Positions 9,131 to 15,149 of a stretch of DNA of 39,994 bases are shown one piece after another. The DNA comes from a virus, in IMG/VR virus record IMGVR_UViG_3300048998_000125, positions 1-39,994 of that record; one strand, given 5' to 3'. The notes beneath the pieces were generated by a model. It was not told where the DNA came from, searched no databases, and saw only the letters and a list, made by a program, of their open reading frames with translations. Both the position numbers and the translations under genes were made by a program. Position 1 is the first letter of the stretch; every line of letters begins with the position of its first letter.

Positions 9131-9410
9131 TGCGCACGGCCGGCGGCACGCCTTCGAGCTTTTCAATGACGGCGTTAATCTGCGGTGGTTTTTTATTCTC
9201 GGCGGCCCAGCGCGATCGCCATTGCCACTTCGCCTGCGTTGCGGTCGGTATGCCATCCGCGCCGGCCAGAAACAGCCAGTGCTTCGCGCCTGGCGATCCG
9301 TTGAAGTGAGCGACCGGTTCTTCTGGCAGCGCGATCGGGGCGTCGTCAAGCCAACCCATCTTTTTGGCGTAGTAGTAGACCGACCGGGTTTGAGCAATTC
9401 GTCCGCACAT
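9114..9410 (-). pseudogene. Truncated SRAP (SOS-response associated peptidase, YedK-like) gene, N-terminal ~85 aa only
   Basis: Starts MCGRIAQ (Cys2 nucleophile). FNGSPGAKHWLF and WAAENKKPPQINAVIEKLE parallel E. coli YedK YNVAPGTKVLLL and WWDKPPLINARVET. The ORF ends at 98 aa, before the conserved Glu/His region, and its 3' end overlaps the convergent lysis gene by 17 nt. Confidence 0.65.
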
Positions 9411-9415
9411 GGCTG

Positions 9416-9585
9416 CTATGGTCGCAGCAAGTCGTCGATCATTTGCTGATGCTGCGCAAGCACTGGTTCGCCGACGAGGTCCAGCTTCGCCGCGTCCACG
9501 ATTGACGCGGATGCCGAGCCATTTGATGACACAGATTTGACCAGTTGGTCGAGCCGGATGACTCGCCAGTGCAGACGCTTAATTT
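9416..9585 (-). pseudogene. 3' fragment of an 87-aa gene split by the IS element (joins to 11295..11396)
   Basis: The frame is open from the IS boundary: RLHWRVIRLDQLVKSVSSNGSASASIVDAAKLDLVGEPVLAQHQQMIDDLLRP*. It has no start codon of its own. It is in frame with the 5' fragment once the IS and one TSD copy are removed. Confidence 0.75.
9578..9585. repeat. Target-site duplication CTTAATTT (left copy)
   Basis: An identical 8-mer immediately flanks both IS ends (9578-9585 and 11295-11302). Confidence 0.85.
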
Positions 9586-9590
9586 GGGAA

Positions 9591-9731
9591 TTATATAGAT
9601 GACTCCCGCTTCTGAATTTTCTTTTTCAAGCGTGCGCGCTTCTTCGCTGGCTTGGATTTCGGCTTCGGCCGATAGGCCAGCACCTTGTCTGCGATCAGAT
9701 CGAGAGCGGGAGGCGGGACAGGCTTTTTCAT
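9591..9731 (-). CDS. 46-aa basic ORF inside the IS, translationally coupled to the transposase (ATGA)
   Basis: MKKPVPPPALDLIADKVLAYRPKPKSKPAKKRARLKKKIQKRESSI. Its ATG overlaps the transposase TGA. It is below the ORF-track size cutoff. Confidence 0.35.
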   Translation of the reverse strand: MKKPVPPPALDLIADKVLAYRPKPKSKPAKKRARLKKKIQKRESSI

Positions 9732-10648
9732 GCAATAAGTTCCTTATAGGTGATGCGCCGACCAGCGCACGCGGCAATAAAGCTGTCCAGCCGCGCCAGC
9801 GTCATGCGGCGCACGTTGCCATCATTGAGCCGGAATGTGAATTCGTTGACGTAGCGACCGATGTGTTTAGGGCTGGCGTGATGGTAGACGCCGTGCAGGC
9901 CGCGTTTCAAGACCGCCCACACGCTCTCAATGCCGTTCGTCGTGACGTTGCCGCGCGAGTATTCGCCGCCGCTGTGGTTGACGCTAGCGCTGGTGAAAAA
10001 CAGGCCATTCAAGCCGCGATAAGCCGCATGTTCGTCGGTGTGAAGCGTCGAGCCAGGTTCGATGTGCGTGTGGATGGCACGATGCAGGTTTGCGGTATTC
10101 ACATCCTTGACGTGCATGGCGCGGGTGCGACCGCCGCGCTCACGCATGCCGAGAACGGCTTGCTTTCCCACAGCGCCACGCCCGAGCTTCAATTTCTTGT
10201 GTTCATGCTTGTTCGCTTCTTTGCCGCCGATGTAGGTTTCATCGATCTCGACAATGCCGCTCAATACGGTCGGATCGTTGCCGCAGGCCTCGCGCAAACG
10301 CTGCAGGACGAACCATGCAGACTTTTGCGTGATGCCGATTTCCTTAGAAAGTTGCAGCGAACTGATTCCCTTGCGCGCCGTGACGAGCAAGTACATGGCG
10401 TAAAGCCATTTGTGCAGCGGCACATGACTGCGCTCGAAGATCGTGCCGGTGCGGACGGTGAAATCCTCTTTGCATTGATTGCAACGGTAGTAGCCGCCCT
10501 TGCGGGCCGTGATCCGCTCCCCGAGTCCGCAGACCGGGCAACGAACGCCCTGCGGCCACAAACGGCCTTCCAGGTACGTTCTGGCCGATTCCTGATCGGG
10601 AAACATCTGGAACAGTTCCAGCGTGCTGATGGTCAGTTTGTCATTCAT
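9728..10648 (-). CDS. IS1595-family (ISXO2-like) DDE transposase with N-terminal zinc ribbon
   Basis: 306 aa. It has the Zn ribbon CPVCG...YRCNQCK, an HTH-like segment ISSLQLSKEIGITQKSAWFVLQRLR, and the core IVEIDETYIGGK...LHTDEHAAYRGL...NGIESVWAVLKRGL...H typical of DDE_Tnp_IS1595. Confidence 0.9.
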   Translation of the reverse strand: MNDKLTISTLELFQMFPDQESARTYLEGRLWPQGVRCPVCGLGERITARKGGYYRCNQCKEDFTVRTGTIFERSHVPLHKWLYAMYLLVTARKGISSLQLSKEIGITQKSAWFVLQRLREACGNDPTVLSGIVEIDETYIGGKEANKHEHKKLKLGRGAVGKQAVLGMRERGGRTRAMHVKDVNTANLHRAIHTHIEPGSTLHTDEHAAYRGLNGLFFTSASVNHSGGEYSRGNVTTNGIESVWAVLKRGLHGVYHHASPKHIGRYVNEFTFRLNDGNVRRMTLARLDSFIAACAGRRITYKELIA

Positions 10649-10889
10649 GATTCCGCTCCGAGAAAATGTCAGCAGCTTCCCGCATCAGGCGGGACAGCAC
10701 ACGCTCCAAGTCTTGAGTCCCGGCAGCTTGCAGCGCTTGGAAAACAACCTGCGCGTTCGGGGAAGTGCCGCTCCAGCCGCCCTCTGGATGCGGCGAGAAG
10801 CGCACCACAAGGCCGCTGGGGCCGTGCCGCGCCTCGCGGCCTTCGACTGTCCAGCGGCCCCGCCAGCCGCGATTCGGGTGATTGCCCAT
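10641..10889 (-). CDS. IS passenger ORF, 82 aa, weak HicB/DUF1902-like flavour
   Basis: Its start overlaps the upstream stop (TAATG), and its stop overlaps the transposase start by 8 nt (ATGAATGA). WTVEGREARHGPSGLVVRFSPHPEGGWSGTSPNAQVVFQAL is vaguely antitoxin-like. Function is not established. Confidence 0.5.
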   Translation of the reverse strand: MGNHPNRGWRGRWTVEGREARHGPSGLVVRFSPHPEGGWSGTSPNAQVVFQALQAAGTQDLERVLSRLMREAADIFSERNHE

Positions 10890-11149
10890 TACTCTTCGAT
10901 TTCAATGATTTCGGAGTCAAGACCAGCATCGGTAATTGTGTATTCGATGGTCGCGCCAGAAATCGAGTCGAAAGAACGAATTTCGATTGTTGCCGGGTTG
11001 CCTTCGGCCAGTTGGAATTCGGCGTCAGCGGCCCACGCACGCAGCATGTCAGTCGTGAAGTAGTCGCCGCCTTTTTTATGGTTCGCGGCCAGAAATTCCT
11101 TGATTTCGCTCAGACCGGCTTGATTAACCGTGTAGTTTGTAACTTTCAT
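10889..11149 (-). CDS. IS passenger ORF, 86 aa acidic protein, unknown function
   Basis: ATG 11149 lies 7 nt after AGGAG. MKVTNYTVNQAGLSEIKEFLAANHKKGGDYF...EIIEIEE. GC content is visibly lower than the surroundings. It is the first gene downstream of a consensus promoter. Confidence 0.7.
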   Translation of the reverse strand: MKVTNYTVNQAGLSEIKEFLAANHKKGGDYFTTDMLRAWAADAEFQLAEGNPATIEIRSFDSISGATIEYTITDAGLDSEIIEIEE

Positions 11150-11182
11150 TTTTCTGCTCCTGCCCCTGTTCCCGAGGCGCGG

Positions 11183-11199
11183 TGGATTCGTCGAATCCA
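11183..11199. promoter_or_regulatory. Perfect 17-bp palindrome TGGATTCG-N-CGAATCCA between IS promoter and first passenger gene (operator candidate)
   Basis: tggattcgtcgaatcca has 8-bp perfect arms. It lies in the 5' UTR, about 10-25 nt downstream of the predicted -10. Confidence 0.5.
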
Positions 11200-11206
11200 T
11201 GGCTTG

Positions 11207-11234
11207 ATTATAGGCCTATATTTGAGGGAGTCAA
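11207..11234 (-). promoter_or_regulatory. Near-consensus sigma70 promoter driving IS passenger genes and transposase
   Basis: The minus strand reads TTGACT (11234-11229), a 16-nt spacer, then TATAAT (11212-11207). Confidence 0.7.
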
Positions 11235-11294
11235 GTATTATTTTCGACTCAAGGCAAGTATTTTTAACTAAAGGGAGCTATGTATATAATTCCC

Positions 11295-11302
11295 CTTAAT
11301 TT
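11295..11302. repeat. Target-site duplication CTTAATTT (right copy)
   Basis: Identical to 9578-9585 and abuts the right IS inverted repeat. Confidence 0.85.
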
Positions 11303-11396
11303 CCCACAGTAACGCCAGCACATCTTCGTTTTGCCGGTTACGTTCCTGGATTTCGCGGAGCTGATCGAGCGTCAGCGGCGGCTTGAAGACGGACAT
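11295..11396 (-). pseudogene. 5' fragment of the IS-split 87-aa gene
   Basis: From ATG 11396 it reads MSVFKPPLTLDQLREIQERNRQNEDVLALLWEIK, then runs into the IS (read-through adds GNYIHSSL*). Confidence 0.75.
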
Positions 11397-11417
11397 GGCG
11401 GCGACCCGAATCGAAAA

Positions 11418-11590
11418 ATCTGTCACAAATCTGTCACAAGGCGGGCTGGAACCCGCATGAACTTGGTCCCGCCGACAGGAATCGAATCTGTCACATCGAT
11501 AATTCAAGGGAAAACATGATGCTAAGTCCTTGATTATTATCCCCCAAGCCTGCATGAATTGCCGTGCGCTGTCACAAAAACTGTCACAAA
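11418..11590. repeat. Putative attP region: five same-orientation copies of CTGTCACA(A) (integrase arm-type site candidates)
   Basis: AATCTGTCACA occurs at 11418-11428, 11429-11439 and 11485-11495. CTGTCACAA occurs at 11569-11577 and 11581-11589. The region lies directly downstream of the int stop. Confidence 0.6.
11464..11492 (-). other. Candidate attP core: GACAG-N9-CTGTC inverted repeat with tRNA 3'-end-like sequence (TTCGATTCC ... ACCA)
   Basis: The minus strand reads GACAGATTCGATTCCTGTCGGCGGGACCA, which is T-loop-like TTCGATT followed by a 7-nt acceptor-like segment, A and CCA. The T-stem closing pair is A.C, so this is not a functional tRNA end as it stands. Confidence 0.35.
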
Positions 11591-12756
11591 ACGGCTACTC
11601 CCTTCGGGCTGGCCAGCATCGCGTCCAGTTTTGAAATCTCCCGGTCGTTTGCCTCGCCGTCGATCCACTTCGAATAGACCTCGAAAAACATCCTGGTATC
11701 GGTGTGGCCCATTTGCCGCGCCACGTACGCCGGGTTCATGCCGGCATGCAGGCACATGGTGGCGAACGAGTGCCTGGTCTGCTTGGCGTCGCGGTCCCGG
11801 ATGCCGAGCGCCTTGAGTGCCGGCCGCCAAACCAGCTGCACCGCCGGCCCTGTGTCGAGCAACCGCTCGCCGGTATATGGGTTACTGAACACGTAGCCGC
11901 TTTTCTTCAAGAAGGTGTGTTTCTTCTGCCGCTGCAGCGCCGCCAGCGCGCGGCTGTTCAAATCGAGGTAGCGGCTCCGGTGCGTCTTGGCATCCTTGTC
12001 GATCGCGCGCACACGCGCCGCGTCAATGAGGCATTTCTTGCGCCGGAAGTCGATGTTCTGCCAGGAGACGGCAATCTCTTCTGACGGGCGCGGCCCGGCG
12101 AAGAACGCGAATTCGAAGTAGTTGAACCACTGCTCGTCGTAGTGGCTCTTGATGTGTGCTAGCACGAGTTCGATTTCGTCGATGTCCAGCGGGTCCGGCT
12201 CGGGCTTTTGATACTTCCGCGTCGGAATCTCGGCCGTGATGTCGATCGCTATTTTCTTCATGCGCAGCGCCAGGCCGAACACGCCGCGCGCCGGAGTCAT
12301 CAGGTTGTTGAAGGTCTTGGCGTTCTTGACCTTCTTGCGCGCGAGTAGCAAGGCCAGTTCTTCGTAGGTGATCGACGCGATCTGCCGCTGCTCGAATTCC
12401 GGGTAGAAGTGGCGCTGCAAGGTATTGCGATATTCTTTGATGGTGGTGGCCGCCAGCTCGCCGGCGACAATCGTGAGCCATGTGGCAGCGGCGTCGCCGA
12501 ACGTCACGCCGACCGGCGAATCCACCTTTTTCAGGTAGGGCGAATCTGGAAAGTCGGCTGCAAAGTCCTCGATCGTGTATTTTTCAATATCGATCGACTT
12601 GACGATCCGGTCTCTCAGCTTGGCCGCGGCCCGGAGATTGGCAGGCGTGGGACTGATGGCGATTCGCTCGCGGTGCCTTCGTCCTTCCCAGTTGAAGGAC
12701 ACGAGGATCGACGCCTTCCGCGCATAGATCCCTTCGAATTGCTCGTCTCGACCCAT
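11584..12756 (-). CDS. int: Tyrosine integrase (P4/DUF3596-arm type)
   Basis: The N-terminal arm-binding segment is GIYARKASILVSFNWEGRRHRERI. The C-terminal catalytic region is TRHSFATMCLHAGMNPAYVARQMGHTDTRMFFEVYSKW (R..H-x-x-R..H..Y). ATG 12756 is preferred over GTG 12765 because of GGAGG spacing. Confidence 0.9.
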   Translation of the reverse strand: MGRDEQFEGIYARKASILVSFNWEGRRHRERIAISPTPANLRAAAKLRDRIVKSIDIEKYTIEDFAADFPDSPYLKKVDSPVGVTFGDAAATWLTIVAGELAATTIKEYRNTLQRHFYPEFEQRQIASITYEELALLLARKKVKNAKTFNNLMTPARGVFGLALRMKKIAIDITAEIPTRKYQKPEPDPLDIDEIELVLAHIKSHYDEQWFNYFEFAFFAGPRPSEEIAVSWQNIDFRRKKCLIDAARVRAIDKDAKTHRSRYLDLNSRALAALQRQKKHTFLKKSGYVFSNPYTGERLLDTGPAVQLVWRPALKALGIRDRDAKQTRHSFATMCLHAGMNPAYVARQMGHTDTRMFFEVYSKWIDGEANDREISKLDAMLASPKGVAVL

Positions 12757-12938
12757 TTGTCCCACGCCTCCAAGCTAAATTGCCGCACATTGTCCGGCGC
12801 CCATTTCCAGTGAATGCCCTCGACCAGGTGGCCGTCGGCAACCAGGTGATTGAACGCGCCCTGCGAGCGCCCGGTCAGCTCAGCGATTTTGCCGACGGTA
12901 ACCCATTCGACTGGGCGGTAATTGAAAACCTTGTCCAT
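12615..12938 (-). CDS. xis: Excisionase-like DNA-binding protein
   Basis: ATG 12938 follows AAGGAG. PVEWVTVGKIAELTGRSQGAFNHLVADGHLVEGIHWKWAPDN...EAWDKW matches the excisionase (DUF1233-type) pattern. The last ~45 aa overlap int in another frame and look like read-through. Confidence 0.7.
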   Translation of the reverse strand: MDKVFNYRPVEWVTVGKIAELTGRSQGAFNHLVADGHLVEGIHWKWAPDNVRQFSLEAWDKWVETSNSKGSMRGRRRSSCPSTGKDEGTASESPSVPRLPISGPRPS

Positions 12939-12941
12939 ATC

Positions 12942-13280
12942 TTACTCCTTCGCAACTGCCGGTCCGGCGGCCAGCGGCGCGCTGTCCGGCTGCGCGCAAA
13001 TGCAGTCCTTGCAAAAATGTGCATGCTCCCAGCGGTGGCCGCGTGGGCAGCGTTCCTTGATATCCGCCCAAGGATCGACCTGAACAGCGGCCCGGCCCAG
13101 CCGCCTGCAATTGGCAAACCCGTCGCACTGGGCGTCCAGCTTGCACTCGCACACCGGCTGGGCTAGGGCGCGCAGCTCTGCAATCTCCGCCGCCTGGTTG
13201 TCGATCAGCCGCAGCACCGCCTGCTCGAATATCGACAGATCGGTGCCGGACAGGCGCGCGCGGATTTCTTGTTCGGTCAT
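12942..13280 (-). CDS. Hypothetical Cys-rich protein, 112 aa
   Basis: ATGA coupling to the upstream gene. Ten Cys (CECK...C..FANC...C....H...H.C.DCIC) suggest metal binding. Confidence 0.6.
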   Translation of the reverse strand: MTEQEIRARLSGTDLSIFEQAVLRLIDNQAAEIAELRALAQPVCECKLDAQCDGFANCRRLGRAAVQVDPWADIKERCPRGHRWEHAHFCKDCICAQPDSAPLAAGPAVAKE

Positions 13281-13648
13281 CGTTTCCCTTTCGAGTCGTT
13301 CAACTTAAGTCGAGGTCCGCGGCTGTATAGCCCTGCGCATCCAGTCGCTACCAAATAGCCTTCCTCGACCAATTCCGACACAGCTTCAATGGTGAAGCCG
13401 GGTAGACCGGCGCTACCGCCGTAGTCGACAAAGTAGCGACCGCTAGGCTGTCCTTTTGCGTCGCCGCCTTCGTACACCGAACGCCGTACGTCTGCCCGCA
13501 GCGCGTCAATGACCGCCTTCTTTTCGGGTATCGGTGATTCAATCCGAGCAATTCCAGCCGCGACGCCCAGCGCATAGGCGTCGTTGAACACGCGCTCGAT
13601 TGACGGCGTGCCGGTGTAGGCCCGCAAATATCGTTCGAACCGAGTCAC
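13277..13648 (-). CDS. Hypothetical protein, 123 aa
   Basis: GTG 13648 follows AAGGAA and forms a GTGA overlap with the upstream micro-ORF. The track ORF from 13954 is an Arg-rich shadow extension. Confidence 0.55.
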   Translation of the reverse strand: MTRFERYLRAYTGTPSIERVFNDAYALGVAAGIARIESPIPEKKAVIDALRADVRRSVYEGGDAKGQPSGRYFVDYGGSAGLPGFTIEAVSELVEEGYLVATGCAGLYSRGPRLKLNDSKGKR

Positions 13649-13758
13649 GATATTTTCCTTCCGATGATTGCGGCGACCACGAAGCCGAGGATGTGAATTG
13701 CGGCGCCGGCCAGCTCGGGCAGCAGGACGAGAGCGGCGATGGCGAGTGCGGTCAGCAT
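13645..13758 (-). CDS. 37-aa hydrophobic membrane peptide
   Basis: MLTALAIAALVLLPELAGAAIHILGFVVAAIIGRKIS. Its start overlaps the HNH stop (ATGCTGA) and its stop overlaps the next start (GTGA). Confidence 0.4.
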   Translation of the reverse strand: MLTALAIAALVLLPELAGAAIHILGFVVAAIIGRKIS

Positions 13759-14183
13759 GCCGACACCTCGTCGAATAATTCCAGGTTGTTCTTCCGCTTG
13801 CGCCTGGTCTCCCGGGCGTTGACGGCGTGATGCTGCGCGTCATACCGCAAGTGGCAGCGCTGGCACCACGCTCGCAGGTTCTCCGGATCGTTGTTCTCCG
13901 GCGTGTGGTCCAGGTGCGCGATGGTGAGCACGATGCCGACCATCTTTCCGACATTGAAGTCCGAAAACCGGCACCGGCCGATGAAGGCGCCGGTATCCGC
14001 GTCGAATACTTCTGCGGCCTCGGTCATGTAGGTGTTTGCGTCCCGGTCCACGCCGCGAGCGATCAGCTTCCCGTGCGGCGCTTTGCATTTTTCGCAGCGG
14101 TAACCGGCGCGCGCCAGAATCTCCGCCCGAATAAATTTCCAGTTGGCCGGATAGCGGTGCTTGTTCTCGGGCTTTATGGGCAT
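13752..14183 (-). CDS. HNH endonuclease
   Basis: ATG 14183 follows GGGAGA. CEKCKAPHG...IAHLDHTPENNDPENLRAWCQRCHLRYD is a classic HNH / zinc-finger signature. 143 aa. Confidence 0.85.
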   Translation of the reverse strand: MPIKPENKHRYPANWKFIRAEILARAGYRCEKCKAPHGKLIARGVDRDANTYMTEAAEVFDADTGAFIGRCRFSDFNVGKMVGIVLTIAHLDHTPENNDPENLRAWCQRCHLRYDAQHHAVNARETRRKRKNNLELFDEVSAC

Positions 14184-14518
14184 GCTGTCTCCCGTGAATT
14201 GGCGGTGTCCATGACGCGCGGTTCCTCGCATATCGTCACGGTGTGCATGACGCCGGCATCCGCCGCCACAATGCCCTTTTCTGGAGAAACGACATGACCA
14301 CAGCCGACCTGATTTGCATCCTGATCCTGTTGATCGTGCTGCACCGCTGAATACCCCGCGCACCGCGCCACCTCATGCCCCTTGCGGTCCTCCAGCTCGT
14401 AGCACGGCAGGCGCAGCGCCATCGAGTAGACGCCACCGCCGGTCAGGCGCAGGTAGTCGACGCCGGCAGTGCAGCATTGGCTGGTCATCGGGTCGGTGAG
14501 GTGACGGCAGGTCGTCAT
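14174..14518 (-). CDS. Hypothetical Cys-rich protein, 114 aa
   Basis: ATG 14518. It overlaps the HNH start by 10 nt. No motif was recognised. Confidence 0.5.
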   Translation of the reverse strand: MTTCRHLTDPMTSQCCTAGVDYLRLTGGGVYSMALRLPCYELEDRKGHEVARCAGYSAVQHDQQDQDANQVGCGHVVSPEKGIVAADAGVMHTVTICEEPRVMDTANSRETACP

Positions 14519-14532
14519 GGTAGGATTCCCGC

Positions 14533-15138
14533 ATGGAACGATTTGGCTGGTATCTCATTGGCGCCTGGGCATTGTTTTTCGCCGTGTGGGCCGGGTTTGA
14601 GAACGACATGGACCGCAGCGCTTGGGCTGCTTGGGTGCAGGCGGTCGGCTCGATCGGTGCGATTGCGGGCGCATTGTTCATCGGCCTGCAGCAGCAGGAA
14701 CATGCGCGAGCCTTGCAGGTGGAGGCAAGGCGCCACGACGAGCTGCGGAAACTTGACACCGTGAAGGCTATCCTCGTCTCCGTCGAAGTTTGCTGCACAG
14801 ATCTGGCCGAGAAGTGGGATAAAGCCCAGTTCGCGACCCTCCTGCAGGCGGAAATTGTCCCGGTCGCTGATTGCAAAATGGCCGTCGAATCTATACCGCT
14901 GTTCGACGTGCCCGACGGTCATCTCGTGATACTGGTCAGCAGCATGCCTAGAAAGCTGCAATACCTGATCGACTCGATTGTTGCGATCAGCCCGGAGCGC
15001 CTTGGATTGCGCAGCGGCTCCGGGTTTGCCGAAACGTTTGAGAAGACGCTGGCATCGACGCGCGAGCTTGTGTTCATGACCTTGGCCAGGTGCGACGCGC
15101 TGCGGCGGGAGCGTGGCGGAGCCTTTGACAGCGAATGA
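14533..15138 (+). CDS. Oppositely oriented membrane protein (2 N-terminal TM helices + ~140-aa soluble domain), unknown function
   Basis: ATG 14533 lies 7 nt after AGGA. TM helices are WYLIGAWALFFAVWAGF and AVGSIGAIAGALFIGL. Amino-acid composition is sensible, whereas the overlapping minus-strand ORF 14515..15582 is Arg/Gly/Pro-rich shadow. Confidence 0.7.
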   Translation: MERFGWYLIGAWALFFAVWAGFENDMDRSAWAAWVQAVGSIGAIAGALFIGLQQQEHARALQVEARRHDELRKLDTVKAILVSVEVCCTDLAEKWDKAQFATLLQAEIVPVADCKMAVESIPLFDVPDGHLVILVSSMPRKLQYLIDSIVAISPERLGLRSGSGFAETFEKTLASTRELVFMTLARCDALRRERGGAFDSE

Positions 15139-15149
15139 GTGGCGGCAGG

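Larger units (their letters stand above)
9586..11294 (-). mobile_element. IS1595-family insertion sequence carrying passenger genes (1,709 bp)
   Basis: Terminal inverted repeats are GGGAATTATATAGATGACTCCC (9586-9607) and the reverse complement of 11273-11294, GGGAATTATATACATAGCTCCC (first 12 perfect, 19/22 overall). An 8-bp TSD flanks the element, the length typical of the IS1595 family. It encodes an ISXO2-like DDE transposase. Excision in silico restores an intact 87-aa ORF. Confidence 0.85.

Noticed and set aside
9439-9777. 112-aa minus-strand ORF crossing the left IS boundary
   Set aside because: It spans the IS inverted repeat and the TSD, has low-complexity composition, and is out of frame with both the 46-aa IS ORF and the restored 87-aa gene.
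9711-10697. 11-bp direct repeat AGGCGGGACAG at 9711-9721 and 10687-10697, tightly flanking the transposase ORF. I first considered these to be the IS boundaries.
   Set aside because: No inverted repeats lie adjacent to them, and 11 bp is not the family TSD length. The genuine IR pair plus 8-bp TSD was found further out (9586/11294), so this repeat is probably coincidental or an internal recombination scar.
9599-11299. 566-aa plus-strand ORF spanning the IS region, and similar long ORFs antisense to real genes: 14515..15582(-), 19910..20968(+), 20928..21938(+), 22346..23596(+), 31479..33203(-), 33947..35920(-), 37560..38918(-), 114..1076(-)
   Set aside because: They are typical high-GC shadow ORFs. 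Their composition is Arg/Ala/Gly/Pro-rich, they have no RBS, and each lies opposite a gene with clear family motifs (transposase, RecT, exonuclease, portal, coat, gp10-like, and so on).
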